Positions 19,824-30,552 of a stretch of 64,000 nucleotides of DNA are shown here, in pieces. The DNA is from Candidatus Latescibacterota bacterium (GTDB taxonomy: Bacteria > Latescibacterota > UBA2968 > SICM01), in the NCBI GenBank assembly GCA_965217865.1, contig CBDCJO010000002.1:2976001-3040000 (forward strand), written 5' to 3'. Both the position numbers and the translations under genes were made by a program. The notes under the pieces were generated by a model. That model ran no database searches and was not told the origin of the DNA. It saw only the letters and a program-made list of their open reading frames with translations. Within the stretch, counting starts at the first letter, position 1. Each line of letters begins with the position of its first letter.

Positions 19824-21617
19824 ATGCCAAGAAGCGCGGTTATTTCGTTGATTCTCTGTGCGGGGGCCATCGTAACTCCCCTGTGTGCCTGGGCGGGGGA
19901 GGTCGCGTTTTTGAAGGCGGACCAGATCAAACCCGGCATGGTGGGGATCGGAAAAACGGTGTTCCGAGGAACCAAGATCGACACATTCGATGTTGAAGTC
20001 GTCGATGTGATGCAGAATGCATTGGGCCCCAAAAAGGACCTGATCCTCGCCCGGTTGTCGGGGGGGCCTTTACCGCTCGAAAAGACGGGCGTGATCGGAG
20101 GGATGAGCGGGAGTCCTGTCTACATCGAAGGTAAGTTGATCGGGGCCGTCGCTTACGCGTGGGGTTTTTCGAAAGAGCCCTATTGCGGGATCACACCGAT
20201 CCTGGAGATGCTCGATGCGATGGACGAGGCCACATCCGAAAGAAACCTGCGATCGGGAAGAAGGCGAAGCGATTTTAGGGTGAAGCAGGGCCGTGGCAGG
20301 TTCGTGGCGGAGTGGCGGGGAAACGCGATCCGACCTGTTTCAATGCCTCTGTCTGCGGGGGGGTTCGATCCGAAAGCCGTAGATCAGTTGCGGGCCGAGC
20401 TGGAACCCTATGGATTTTTTCCTATGCAGGGGGGAGGGGAAACGGAACCATCGAACCCCAGAGGTTCTTTCGAAGCCGGGTCTGCCCTCGGAATTCAACT
20501 CGTCCGGGGGGACCTCAGTTTAACGGGAATTGGCACGATGACGTTTCGAGATAAGGATCGGGTCGTGGGTTTCGGGCATCCGATGTTTCACGGTGGGCGG
20601 AGCAGCCTCCCGATGTCCTCCGCAGTGATTTACGGGGTGATTCCCAGCCAGCTTCTTTCGTTCAAACTGGGAGCCGCGTCTCACCCCCAGGGTTCGATCG
20701 TGGACGACAGGGCAACCGGAGTGATGGGCGTAGTGGGGAGACCCGCGCCCATGGTCCCGATGGAGGTAAGCGTCAAGACAGGACAGAGGACGGGGACCTT
20801 CCGTTTCGAGATCGTCGAGCATCCCGATCTAACACCCATTCTTACCCGGATCACCGTTTTGAGCACCCTGCTCTCCGCCGGTAAAGGGAGCGGTGAAATC
20901 ACGACCCGCACCCGTATTCAGATCCGCTTGGATGGGCATGCCGACGTGGTTCTGGAGAACACCTATTCGGGGGTGGGCGCCCTTTCCGGAATTGTCAAAG
21001 AGCTCGTTGATCCCGTAGTCGCTCTGATGCACAATCCTTTTCAGGACCCCCCGATCGTGGGTTTGCGGATCAAGGTCGAGGTCGAAGAACGTCTTCGTAC
21101 GGCAACCTTGGATGGGTTAGAGATCTCCAAGGCCAGGTACCGGCCCGGGGATGTGATTCGGTTTGAGACCCTGGCAAGGCCGTATTATGGACCTGAACAG
21201 CGAACCTCAGGCCAGATCAGTATTCCCATTCACGCCCCCGATGGCCCTTTGACTTTGCGGGCGGGAAGCGCGGAGGCCCTCGAAAAACTCGAAATCAAAC
21301 GCGCTCCGGGCCGTTACGTCCCTCAAAGTTTTGACCATCTTCTCAAGCTTATTTCTCAGAAGGAGAGAAACGACGACCTGATCGTTGAGCTGGTCTCAAA
21401 AGGTCGAGGTATAACCGTCGAGGGGGAGGAGTTTCCATCCCCACCTTCCTCGGTCCTTTCCGTCTTAAAAATGTCCCGTCATGCAGGGTCAACCGACGGG
21501 GTGAAGGGGACGGTCCTTTCGCGCCTCCGCATCCGAACGGGCTTCGTCCTTTCCGGAAAACAGGAGGCCAAAATTTTCGTTGAGCGGGATGAACGAGCGG
21601 GGAAACCGAAAAAATAG
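19824..21617 (+). CDS. SpoIVB peptidase S55 domain protein
   Basis: Signal peptide; GMSGSPVY..GKLIGAVAY, GTMT, FGHPM. Confidence 0.88.
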   Translation: MPRSAVISLILCAGAIVTPLCAWAGEVAFLKADQIKPGMVGIGKTVFRGTKIDTFDVEVVDVMQNALGPKKDLILARLSGGPLPLEKTGVIGGMSGSPVYIEGKLIGAVAYAWGFSKEPYCGITPILEMLDAMDEATSERNLRSGRRRSDFRVKQGRGRFVAEWRGNAIRPVSMPLSAGGFDPKAVDQLRAELEPYGFFPMQGGGETEPSNPRGSFEAGSALGIQLVRGDLSLTGIGTMTFRDKDRVVGFGHPMFHGGRSSLPMSSAVIYGVIPSQLLSFKLGAASHPQGSIVDDRATGVMGVVGRPAPMVPMEVSVKTGQRTGTFRFEIVEHPDLTPILTRITVLSTLLSAGKGSGEITTRTRIQIRLDGHADVVLENTYSGVGALSGIVKELVDPVVALMHNPFQDPPIVGLRIKVEVEERLRTATLDGLEISKARYRPGDVIRFETLARPYYGPEQRTSGQISIPIHAPDGPLTLRAGSAEALEKLEIKRAPGRYVPQSFDHLLKLISQKERNDDLIVELVSKGRGITVEGEEFPSPPSSVLSVLKMSRHAGSTDGVKGTVLSRLRIRTGFVLSGKQEAKIFVERDERAGKPKK

Positions 21618-21717
21618 GTCCAGAAAATAGTTCCAGGGTTCAGGTAAATTGAAGAGGAATCAAGGGTGGGTGGATGGCGGTGCGACCTGGAATCCGTCGA
21701 ATTGGAGAGCGAACGGG

Positions 21718-22608
21718 ATGAGTCGCAAAGCGTTGAATGAGGAACAGATCGAGCACTACCGTCGTGAAGGATACCTGGTGTTGCCGGAATTCTTCGGGAG
21801 AGACGTGCTGGAGCGGATCGACCGAACAATCGACCAGATAACGGAAGATGCCCTCCGGAAGGAAGATTACCGGGACATCCTCGAGGCCGAACCGCAGCCG
21901 CTTAATGGGCGTGCCGTCGCCAGGCGAATCTACAATCCGTTCGACATTCACGAGGAATTCCGGAAAATGGCCATGGATGAAAGGCTCCTGGATTGCGTGG
22001 AGTCGATCGTCGGGCCGAACATCAACATTCACCACAGCAAGCTCAATATGAAGCCGCCCCGGGTGGGGTCCGTCGTCGAGTGGCATCAGGATCTGGCCTA
22101 TTTCCCCCATACAAATGACGATCTGATTTCGCTTCTCGTTTACCTCGATGAGGCCACTGAGGAGAACGGCTGCCTTCGAGTCCTTCCCCGTCATCACACA
22201 CACTTTTTTGAACACGACACACCTGAGGGCAAATTTGCGGGAATGATCACCGAGAATCTGGAGAACGGTCGTTTCGGAAAACCCGTGAAACTGGAAGCCC
22301 TGGCAGGAAGCGTTATTTTCATGCACTGCATCACCCCGCACAGTTCTCTGCCGAATCGTTCGGACAAATCCAGGCGAACGCTCATCTTCGAGTACCGTGC
22401 AGCGGATTCCTTCCCGATCTATTTCGGCGATCAAACGAAAAAAATCGAGTCAAAATCTCGCCTTGCCCGAGGCAAGCCTTCCCGGTTTGCGCGGTTCGGC
22501 GGACCGAACCCCCTGATCCCCAACCTTGAAAGGCGCGTCTCTTCGCTCTACGATTTACAGACGGAATCCAAGGCTCGCCTGGCTGCGCAGGGGAACCCTT
22601 CGCGATGA
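21718..22608 (+). CDS. Phytanoyl-CoA dioxygenase (PhyH) family protein
   Basis: Y.REGYLV, WHQD, DEATEENGCL..LP..H, H...HSS.PN.S..SRR. Confidence 0.9.
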   Translation: MSRKALNEEQIEHYRREGYLVLPEFFGRDVLERIDRTIDQITEDALRKEDYRDILEAEPQPLNGRAVARRIYNPFDIHEEFRKMAMDERLLDCVESIVGPNINIHHSKLNMKPPRVGSVVEWHQDLAYFPHTNDDLISLLVYLDEATEENGCLRVLPRHHTHFFEHDTPEGKFAGMITENLENGRFGKPVKLEALAGSVIFMHCITPHSSLPNRSDKSRRTLIFEYRAADSFPIYFGDQTKKIESKSRLARGKPSRFARFGGPNPLIPNLERRVSSLYDLQTESKARLAAQGNPSR

Positions 22609-22646
22609 GCGTGGACCGGGGGGGGGGGTAACGCGACCACGAAGAC

Positions 22647-23417
22647 GTGGAATATGGTTCTTCCCCTCAAGAAGGCCTCCTGAGCGGGTTCGCACTCGGG
22701 GAACGAAGCGTGAAGGAAAGCCCGCAAGAACATCTGCTGTTCCACGCCCCGCTGACGGATTCTCTCAACGCATCCTTCTCAGCGGGTGACGGCATGGCTC
22801 TCATCTCCCCGAATGGATCGGACCCATCGTTCGAGGATGACGGGATCCGAGCGGGCGCAAATTTTGCCCGAGACACCTGCGTCACCTATGCGGTGGAGGA
22901 GAATTTCAATCGCCAGGAAGGCACGGTGTTGTTGTGGTTCAAACCGGACTGGGATGCGCAGGAATTTCAGGATGATCTGGGTCGCATCATCTGGGACGTT
23001 AGAATCGTTCACGGGAGCGTCGTAGCGGACGATCCATCTCAGCGCTGGGCGCTGGTATTTCCAAACCCATCTGGAAAAGGCCGAGGACGCCGAAGCGACA
23101 GCACGTTCGGCTGCTGGCGTTTCTGCGTGGAAATCAATCGCAACTGCTTCGTGATCGGGACCCGGGAGCCCAGAAAGGACAGCCGCACAAGGCAGGCCGT
23201 GTTCGGGACACAACAGGAATTCAAAGCCGGCCAATGGATGCACCTGGCGGTGGGGTGGAACTCCGATACGGGTGTCATCTGGGTGAACGCCCTCGAGGAC
23301 CGAAGGGAAAAGCTAGAGGAGGGGCTGCCGGATCGCCCTCTCCCGGAGCGCTTGCAGCTGGGGGCGGTAGACCTGCTTCGAAACGGCTCTGATTCTTCAA
23401 GATCGTTCGACCAATAA
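22647..23417 (+). CDS. LamG/concanavalin-like domain protein, probably truncated
   Basis: GTVLLWFKPDW and GQWMHLAVGW; ends soon after LQLGA without the usual final strand; start uncertain. Confidence 0.5.
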   Translation: MEYGSSPQEGLLSGFALGERSVKESPQEHLLFHAPLTDSLNASFSAGDGMALISPNGSDPSFEDDGIRAGANFARDTCVTYAVEENFNRQEGTVLLWFKPDWDAQEFQDDLGRIIWDVRIVHGSVVADDPSQRWALVFPNPSGKGRGRRSDSTFGCWRFCVEINRNCFVIGTREPRKDSRTRQAVFGTQQEFKAGQWMHLAVGWNSDTGVIWVNALEDRREKLEEGLPDRPLPERLQLGAVDLLRNGSDSSRSFDQ

Positions 23418-23433
23418 AGGTGAAATCGTCATT

Positions 23434-25509
23434 ATGAAACGTTATATCATCTTCTGTATCGGATCGATCCTCGCCATGTCCGGCGGCCGGGACGCCATGG
23501 GCGTATCACCGATGATCTGGCGGGACGATACATTCAAAGAGTTTGAGAAGGGGGAAACCAAAGGCGTCTCAGTGGCGGCGGATGGAAGCATATCCCTTTC
23601 GCCGACGCTCGGTGAATACGCCGACACGGAGGCCTTGCACGTCTGGTCCCTTGCCAGGGATAGAGACGGAGTCCTTTATGTCGGGACCGGAAATCGGGGA
23701 GAGGTCTTCAAGGTGAGCCTGGGAAGCGTCGACCTTCTGGGCGCTCTTCCCGGTGCTAAGATGGTCCACGCACTTGCAGTTGACCCTTCAGGCACGGTCT
23801 ACGCGGGGGTGTCTCCGGGAGGTGCGATCTATAAAATTCCGCCAGGGAAGACCCCGGCCTTTGTATGCAGCACGGGGACCCGATATGTCTGGGCTCTGAC
23901 CTTTACAGGTGAGGGGGAACTCTATGCCGCCACCGGGGGGGCGGGAAAAATTCTTCACATATCACCCGATGGGAAGATCCGGGAGGTGGGTTCATCTTCG
24001 GACGAGCACATTGTGGCCCTGGTCTCTGGGACCGATGGGGGGCTGTACGCGGGGACGGAAGGAAGCGGGCTCGTCTATCGGATCAGCAGGGAAGGTCGGA
24101 TGCAGGTTCTCTACGATTCTCCGGGGAAAGAAGTCAGGGGTCTGGCACTTTCACGGAGGGGTGTCCTTTTTGCCGGGTCGATGACCGGAGCCCTTCGTCT
24201 TGAAGAGGGGAAGATTAAACCCCAAATTTCGAAGTCCGGAAGCCAGGGATCAGGTGAAGGGTCGGATCTCTACCGCATATCCCGGTCAGGGTCCGTCCTT
24301 CATTTGTGGGCGTCCGATCAGCCTCTCTTGCTTTCGATGTTGATCGATGAAGAGGACAATCTCCTTGTGGCAACGGGGGATAGAGGAATCCTGTATCGGG
24401 TGGGTACGGATGGTGAGGCCGCCGTGGTGACCCGGTTCGAAGAGGGCCCCCCGCTTGTATTGATCAATGGAAGTCCCGGAGAGGTCTTCATCGGTGCGGG
24501 CAGTTCTGGAAAGGTCTTTCGAATGTCGAAGGAAGCAGAGACCGAGGGGTCGTTGACTTCCCATCGGTATGATTTTGGGACGACCGCCCGGTGGGGGAAG
24601 GTCTCGTGGCGGGCTGGGTTACCTGTGGGCACCGCAGTGGTCCTCCAGACCCGGTCCGGGCACGTGGAATCGTCGGACGAAGGTTGGAGCGGATGGTCAT
24701 CGGAATTGAAAGATCAATCAGGGAGCCAGATCGAGAGTCCCCCCGGGAGGTTCCTCCAATATCGGGCTCGTCTAACCTCGACGAAGCGCGGGGTCTCACC
24801 GGTCCTGAGAGAGGTGTCCTTGGCAGGGCTCCAGGAAAATCTGAGGCCGGGGATCACTTCCCTCGAGGTGATCGTTCCCGGGCGAAGCACCCCCTCTCCG
24901 GATCGGCTAAAGCAGGGGAATCCAAAAGGCGGTGGTGACCACGGTTCGAAACCGATTGAGAAAAGGAACGTGCAGATCCAGTGGGCCGCGAAGGACCCCA
25001 ACCACGACGAACTTTCTTTTTCGATCTTCGTGCGGGGTGTCGACGAATCGACGTGGCGTCTCCTCGAAAAGGATTTGAGGACGACCTCTTATTCCTGGGA
25101 CACCGAGTCGACACCTGACGGGACCGCACTGGTGAAGGTTGTCGCATCGGACCGTCTGCACAATCCGGAGCCGTTGGCGTTGTCTGTTGAGAGATTGAGC
25201 GAGCCCTTTGAGGTGGACAATACGCCGCCATCAGTTATATTTTTAAAAGCGCTAAAGATTGAAACCGGGGTATTCCGGGTGTCGGGAAGCGCTTCCGACG
25301 CGACGAGTCCGTTGAAGAGCGGAGATTACGCGATTGATTCAGGGGAGTGGAACATGTTCTTCCCGGCCGACGGCATCTTTGACTCAAGAGAAGAGAGGTT
25401 CGGGTTCAAGGTGAACGACCTCCCTCCGGGAGAGCACGTTGTTTTGGTTCGGATCACCGATGGCCTCGGGAATATCGGTGTCGGAAAGACCATGATCCGG
25501 ATGGACTGA
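23434..25509 (+). CDS. Secreted beta-propeller plus Ig/FN3-like protein
   Basis: Signal peptide, repeated LYxGTG..G.VY/F blades, WSGWS, RFLQYRA, VDNTPP. Confidence 0.75.
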   Translation: MKRYIIFCIGSILAMSGGRDAMGVSPMIWRDDTFKEFEKGETKGVSVAADGSISLSPTLGEYADTEALHVWSLARDRDGVLYVGTGNRGEVFKVSLGSVDLLGALPGAKMVHALAVDPSGTVYAGVSPGGAIYKIPPGKTPAFVCSTGTRYVWALTFTGEGELYAATGGAGKILHISPDGKIREVGSSSDEHIVALVSGTDGGLYAGTEGSGLVYRISREGRMQVLYDSPGKEVRGLALSRRGVLFAGSMTGALRLEEGKIKPQISKSGSQGSGEGSDLYRISRSGSVLHLWASDQPLLLSMLIDEEDNLLVATGDRGILYRVGTDGEAAVVTRFEEGPPLVLINGSPGEVFIGAGSSGKVFRMSKEAETEGSLTSHRYDFGTTARWGKVSWRAGLPVGTAVVLQTRSGHVESSDEGWSGWSSELKDQSGSQIESPPGRFLQYRARLTSTKRGVSPVLREVSLAGLQENLRPGITSLEVIVPGRSTPSPDRLKQGNPKGGGDHGSKPIEKRNVQIQWAAKDPNHDELSFSIFVRGVDESTWRLLEKDLRTTSYSWDTESTPDGTALVKVVASDRLHNPEPLALSVERLSEPFEVDNTPPSVIFLKALKIETGVFRVSGSASDATSPLKSGDYAIDSGEWNMFFPADGIFDSREERFGFKVNDLPPGEHVVLVRITDGLGNIGVGKTMIRMD

Positions 25510-25536
25510 ATAAAACGATAAAGGCTGAATCGGAAG

Positions 25537-26649
25537 ATGGGGTGTGGAGATGACACATATATGCGGCTTGCCCTCGATCTGGCTCAAAAAGGCATGGGCA
25601 CCACGAGCCCGAATCCGATGGTGGGCGCTGTGGTCGTTCAGGGGAATGTCATCGTGGGGCGGGGCACCCACGAACGACCAGGGGGGCCGCACGCCGAGGT
25701 CGGGGCTGTTGAAGAGGCGGGAAACCGGGCGGAGGGATCGACCCTTTACGTGACCCTGGAGCCCTGTTCGTCCAAGGGTCGGACGGACCCCTGCGTGGAT
25801 CTGATTCTGTCCAGGGGGATCGCCACGGTCGTCTGCGCGATGGTGGATCCGGACCCCCGCGTCTCCGGACGCGGGATTGAACGGCTCCGAGAGGAAGGCG
25901 TTCAAGTCACGGTCGGGCTTATGGAGGCCGAAGCACAACGGCTCAATGCGTTCTATGTAAAGCACAGGACGACGGGGGTTCCGTTCGTCATTCTCAAACT
26001 TGCCCAGACCCTGGATGGTCGGATCGCAACATCGGCGGGTGATTCCAGGTGGATCACGGGGGAGGCCAGTCGGAGGCAGTCACACCTTTTCCGTAGTCAA
26101 GTTGACGGGGTCATCGTGGGCGCAGGTACGGTTCGGGCGGATGACCCACTCCTGACGGTTCGCCATGTCCCCGGTACTGACCCCGCCCGGATCGTCGTCG
26201 ACAGCAAATTGAAGACTCCGCCTACCGCCCGTGTGTTTGGGAGGGGAAGGGTCATTGTCGCAACCACGGAGGACGCGGACGAAAATCGGTCCCGAGAATT
26301 GGAAGAAGGGGGGGCGGAGATATGGCGACTCCCATCGGCGGACGACCGGGTCGACCTCCGAGAACTGATGCACCATCTGGGCAGGAGGGATTTTTTGAGC
26401 GTGATGATCGAGGGGGGTGGGACGATCGCGACATCGGCGCTCAAGGCGGGAATCGTGGACCAGGTGAAGATCTTCATCGCATCGAAGTTGATTGGGGGCG
26501 GAGTCGATTCGGTCGGAGATCTCGGGATCGAAAAGATCGCAGATGGGATCCGGTTGGCAGACGTTGAGATCGAACGCATCGGGGACGATATTTTGTATAC
26601 CGCCATGGTTGATAGAGGTGATGCAACTCATGTTCACGGGCCTTGTTGA
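25537..26649 (+). CDS. ribD: Bifunctional riboflavin deaminase/reductase
   Basis: SPNPMVG, HAE, TLEPC..PC, KLAQTLDG, EGG. Confidence 0.96.
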   Translation: MGCGDDTYMRLALDLAQKGMGTTSPNPMVGAVVVQGNVIVGRGTHERPGGPHAEVGAVEEAGNRAEGSTLYVTLEPCSSKGRTDPCVDLILSRGIATVVCAMVDPDPRVSGRGIERLREEGVQVTVGLMEAEAQRLNAFYVKHRTTGVPFVILKLAQTLDGRIATSAGDSRWITGEASRRQSHLFRSQVDGVIVGAGTVRADDPLLTVRHVPGTDPARIVVDSKLKTPPTARVFGRGRVIVATTEDADENRSRELEEGGAEIWRLPSADDRVDLRELMHHLGRRDFLSVMIEGGGTIATSALKAGIVDQVKIFIASKLIGGGVDSVGDLGIEKIADGIRLADVEIERIGDDILYTAMVDRGDATHVHGPC

Positions 26650-27274
26650 AGAGGTGGGCACGGTCCGCCGGAAAGAGGGGCGGGAGGGTTTTCAACGGAC
26701 GATTGTGGCCGCGAGTCCGCCTTTTCTGGATCACCTGAGGGTCGGGGACAGCGTTAACGTGGACGGTGTCTGCCAAACGATCGTAGCATGCGGCCCCCAG
26801 GGATTCTCATTCGAATCGATCGAGGAGACGCTACGCCTAACGACGCTGGGGAATTTAAAGGCGGGCGACCGGGTGAACCTTGAAAGATCTCTCCGTGCAG
26901 GGGATCCTCTCGGGGGGCACCTTGTTGCCGGGCACGTGGATGGGATCGGCCGTGTCGCGGATCGATCCGACCGGCTTACGGATTCCGTGTACAGGATCGA
27001 AATCCCAAAGGGACTTGAAAAGTATATCGCCAAAAAAGGGTCGATCGCGGTGAATGGGATCAGCCTGACGGTGGTCGATCTTAATGAGGGATGTTTCACG
27101 GTTGCAATAATCCCTCACACCATGAAAGCGACGAATATTTCGTTACGCCATCCCGGCGATACCGTGAACATCGAGGTGGATATGGTGGCGCGATACATCG
27201 AACGCCTTTTAGGGTCGAGGGCCTCTTCTGAGGAAGGACTCACAAACCGGAAGATGGCGGAGATGGGGTATTGA
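26630..27274 (+). CDS. ribE: Riboflavin synthase alpha chain
   Basis: MFTG N-terminus, VNLER, GGHLVAGHVDG, IIPHT. Confidence 0.96.
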   Translation: MFTGLVEEVGTVRRKEGREGFQRTIVAASPPFLDHLRVGDSVNVDGVCQTIVACGPQGFSFESIEETLRLTTLGNLKAGDRVNLERSLRAGDPLGGHLVAGHVDGIGRVADRSDRLTDSVYRIEIPKGLEKYIAKKGSIAVNGISLTVVDLNEGCFTVAIIPHTMKATNISLRHPGDTVNIEVDMVARYIERLLGSRASSEEGLTNRKMAEMGY

Positions 27275-27370
27275 AAACGAAAATCGGTTACGATACGTTC
27301 CTCACGCGTTCGGAACGGCTCAGGGCAAGCACGGAACTGATTGAGCGCGCAATTTATTGAGGGCTTCAGA

Positions 27371-28627
27371 ATGCCTCCAAGAAAAACAACGGTGTTTCGG
27401 TTCCATTCCATCGAGGATGCAATTAAAGATATTCGCCAGGGGAAGATGGTCGTGGTGGTGGATGACGAAGACCGGGAGAATGAAGGCGACTTCATCATGG
27501 CGGCCGATAAAGTCACTCCGAAGGCGATCAACTTTATGACCCGGCACGGCCGAGGGATCGTCTGTCTCCCGTCCACGGGCGAACGCTTGCAGGAATTCAA
27601 ACTCGACATGATGGTCAACGAGAACACCGCCCTGCACGGTACCCCTTTCACGGTTTCCATCGACGCCGTGGCGGGAACCTCAACGGGGACCTCTGCGCAG
27701 GATCGTGCGAGGACGATCTCAAAATTTGTGAACCCGAAGGCGGTGCCTCAGGATTTTGCCCGGCCCGGCCATATATTTCCGCTTCGATCCCGGCCGGGGG
27801 GGGTTCTCCGGCGTGCGGGACATACGGAGGCCGCCGTGGATCTCGCTCGCCTTGCGGGCCTCTATCCCGCCGGCGTGCTCTGTGAGATCATGAATGAGGA
27901 CGGTTCGATGAGCCGCCTCCCGGATCTTGTGAAGATCGCCAGTCGGTTTAGACTCAAGATCATCACCATCAAGGATCTTATCGCTTTCCGGCGGCGTTCA
28001 GAAAAACTCGTACATTCTCTTTCCGAGGTCAGATTGCCCACGCAGTTTGGCGCCTTTCGCTTGCATCTCTATGAAAGCGACGTTGATGAACGGAACCATA
28101 TGGCTCTGGTGAAAGGCGATGTGGATGACGGAGATCCCGTGCTTGTCCGGATGCATTCGGAATGTCTTACCGGGGACGTATTCGGTTCGCAGCGCTGCGA
28201 ATGTGGGGATCAGCTTCGGACGGCGATGGATATGATCGAGCGCGAAGGAAGGGGGGCCATCGTCTACATGCGCCAGGAGGGGCGGGGGATCGGCCTCGCG
28301 AACAAGATCAGGGCTTATCAGCTTCAGGACGAGGGTTATGATACGGTGGAGGCCAACCTGAAGCTCGGGTACAAAATGGATGAACGGGATTATGGAATAG
28401 GGGCACAGATCCTGGTCGATCTGGGCATCGAGCGGGTTCGCCTTTTGACCAATAGCCCTGCCAAACGGGTGGGGGTGGAGGCCCACGGCATTCAGATTGT
28501 CGAACGCGTCCCTTTGAAAATCAAACCCAATCCGTGGAACATTCGTTACCTACGCACCAAACGGGAAAAGATGGGTCACATGTTTGAGGAGGGGGATTTG
28601 AAACTCGATAAAGCTAAAAAGAAATGA
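27371..28627 (+). CDS. ribBA: DHBP synthase / GTP cyclohydrolase II
   Basis: [37 protein letters not shown]. Confidence 0.97.
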   Translation: MPPRKTTVFRFHSIEDAIKDIRQGKMVVVVDDEDRENEGDFIMAADKVTPKAINFMTRHGRGIVCLPSTGERLQEFKLDMMVNENTALHGTPFTVSIDAVAGTSTGTSAQDRARTISKFVNPKAVPQDFARPGHIFPLRSRPGGVLRRAGHTEAAVDLARLAGLYPAGVLCEIMNEDGSMSRLPDLVKIASRFRLKIITIKDLIAFRRRSEKLVHSLSEVRLPTQFGAFRLHLYESDVDERNHMALVKGDVDDGDPVLVRMHSECLTGDVFGSQRCECGDQLRTAMDMIEREGRGAIVYMRQEGRGIGLANKIRAYQLQDEGYDTVEANLKLGYKMDERDYGIGAQILVDLGIERVRLLTNSPAKRVGVEAHGIQIVERVPLKIKPNPWNIRYLRTKREKMGHMFEEGDLKLDKAKKK

Positions 28628-28673
28628 GACACTTGAAAACAAAGACCTTGAAGTGAAAACCAGTTGAGGGATT

Positions 28674-29150
28674 ATGGCAAATATCATCGAGGGTGATTTT
28701 CTTGCAACGGGGGAGATGCGGTTCGGGATCGTGGTCAGCCGATTCAACGAGCTGATCGGATCGAAACTTCTGGAAGGCGCGCTTGACTGTCTTCGACGCC
28801 ACGGGGCGGACGAAGATGGGATTCAAATCGCGTGGGTTCCGGGGGCTTTCGAAATTCCGTTGATCGCTCAAAAGATGGCCGAATCAAAAAAATACAACGC
28901 GGTGATCTGTCTCGGGGCTGTCATTCGGGGCGCAACCCCCCATTTCGAGTATGTTGCGAACGAAGTTTCGAAGGGGATCGCGCAGGTTTCGCTGACCTCC
29001 GGGGTGCCAACCCTTTTCGGGGTCCTGACCACGGACACCCTTGAACAGGCGCTTGAACGTGCGGGCTCAAAGGCAGGAAATAAAGGTTGGGACGCCGCCC
29101 TGGCCGCGATTGAGATGGTGAACCTGTTGAAGCGAATCGATCAGGCCTGA
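28674..29150 (+). CDS. ribH: Lumazine synthase
   Basis: [27 protein letters not shown]. Confidence 0.97.
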   Translation: MANIIEGDFLATGEMRFGIVVSRFNELIGSKLLEGALDCLRRHGADEDGIQIAWVPGAFEIPLIAQKMAESKKYNAVICLGAVIRGATPHFEYVANEVSKGIAQVSLTSGVPTLFGVLTTDTLEQALERAGSKAGNKGWDAALAAIEMVNLLKRIDQA

Positions 29151-29197
29151 CACAGTCTCATAGACAGTGAGTTTGTGCAGACACAAAGTCCTCATCT

Positions 29198-29656
29198 ATG
29201 GTCGACCCGAACGGTGACAAGGCGATTTCAGGGCGAAGAAAGGCACGGGAGGCTACGTTGCAGGCCCTGTTCTGGGTGGAAAGCTCAGAAGACCCGTTCG
29301 ATCAAGCCCTGAGCAGGGTCTCGGAAATGGCCCGGCTGAAGGATTCTTCCAGGGTTTTCGCCGTTCGACTGGGCAAAGAGGTGCTGGCACGTCGGGAGGA
29401 CCTGGACGGGGTGATCGCGAGCGTCTCAGAGCATTGGGATATCGAACGTCTTGCCCGGGTCGACCGTACAATCCTCAGGATGGCCTTAACGGAGATGCTC
29501 CGATTTGAGGACATTCCGGTCAAGGTGTCGATTGACGAAGCCATCGAATTGGGAAAGTGTTTCGGGGGGGAAGAGTCCCCGCGTTTTATCAACGGGATCC
29601 TTGACGCAATCATCAAGAGGCACGGGATTGTGAAGGGGCGTCCTGTCCCTTTGTAG
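29198..29656 (+). CDS. nusB: Transcription antitermination factor NusB
   Basis: RRKARE..LQALF, DRTILR, IDEAIEL, FINGILD; follows ribH. Confidence 0.95.
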   Translation: MVDPNGDKAISGRRKAREATLQALFWVESSEDPFDQALSRVSEMARLKDSSRVFAVRLGKEVLARREDLDGVIASVSEHWDIERLARVDRTILRMALTEMLRFEDIPVKVSIDEAIELGKCFGGEESPRFINGILDAIIKRHGIVKGRPVPL

Positions 29657-29678
29657 GAATGGCGCAAAGGGAGGTTCT

Positions 29679-30398
29679 GTGCGGACCGCGATTCTTTCGG
29701 ACATCCACGGTAACCTTGAGGCACTTGAAGCGGTCTTGGCAGAATGCCGGGCGGTTGATATCGACGATTTCATATGCCTTGGCGACGTTGTGGGTTACGG
29801 TGCAAACCCGAATGAATGTGTGGAACGCGTGCAGGGCTTGACCGATTGCGTCATCGGTGGAAACCACGACCATGCCGCCGTGGGCCTTGCGGACCTCGCC
29901 TTTTTCAATTCTTATGCGCGGGACGCAGCCCTCTGGACAGCCAAACAGCTGAGCAAAGAAAACGCCGACTACCTTCGAAACCTACCCCTGACCATCGAAT
30001 CGGAGGAAGCCATCTTCGTCCATTCCACGCCTCACCAACCAGAGGCATGGGAATACGTTTTCAACAGTGAGGACGCGGAAGACTGCCTCGCACAGACCGA
30101 CCGGATGTTATGCTTCGTGGGCCATTCGCACGTGGCCTTCATATGGAAGGCCACAGGGAAGAGCGGCGAGATGGTCCGATCCGCTTTCATCGCTGAAGCC
30201 AGCCGGTTCGTGATAAACGTTGGAAGCGTCGGCCAACCCCGGGATCATGATCCGAGGGCAGCGTTTTCCGTGTGGGACCGATCGGCGAATAAGATTCAGA
30301 TTAACAGGGTGGAATACGACATTTCCAGCGCTCAATCCAGGATTTTGGCCGCCGGTTTGCCGTCCTTCCTGGCCGAGCGTCTCGCATTGGGAAGATAG
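29679..30398 (+). CDS. Metallophosphoesterase
   Basis: SDIHGN, LGDVVGYG, GNHD, GHSH, GSVGQPRD; GTG start. Confidence 0.92.
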   Translation: MRTAILSDIHGNLEALEAVLAECRAVDIDDFICLGDVVGYGANPNECVERVQGLTDCVIGGNHDHAAVGLADLAFFNSYARDAALWTAKQLSKENADYLRNLPLTIESEEAIFVHSTPHQPEAWEYVFNSEDAEDCLAQTDRMLCFVGHSHVAFIWKATGKSGEMVRSAFIAEASRFVINVGSVGQPRDHDPRAAFSVWDRSANKIQINRVEYDISSAQSRILAAGLPSFLAERLALGR

Positions 30399-30400
30399 TT

Positions 30401-30497
30401 TAGAAGCAGAATACAGAATACAGAATATAGAATACAGAAGTTAGAATACAGGAGAAGACCGATCGTCTTTCCGTTCTGTATTCTGACTCCTGAATTC
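30401..30497. repeat. (CAGAATA)n heptamer array with inverted arm
   Basis: cagaata cagaata cagaata tagaata cagaagt tagaata ... ttctgtattctgactcctg; similar arrays near 50180 and 52430. Confidence 0.75.
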
Positions 30498-30552
30498 CGG
30501 TGGTAAAGGGGGGTGGGGATGGGGTTTTATTCCTTTTTTGGGGAGATCGCGA

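Noticed and set aside
22618-22628. G11 tract as a phase-variation switch for the LamG-like gene
   Set aside because: The upstream ATG is already in frame but blocked by TAA right after the tract; +/-1 changes lead to short frames.
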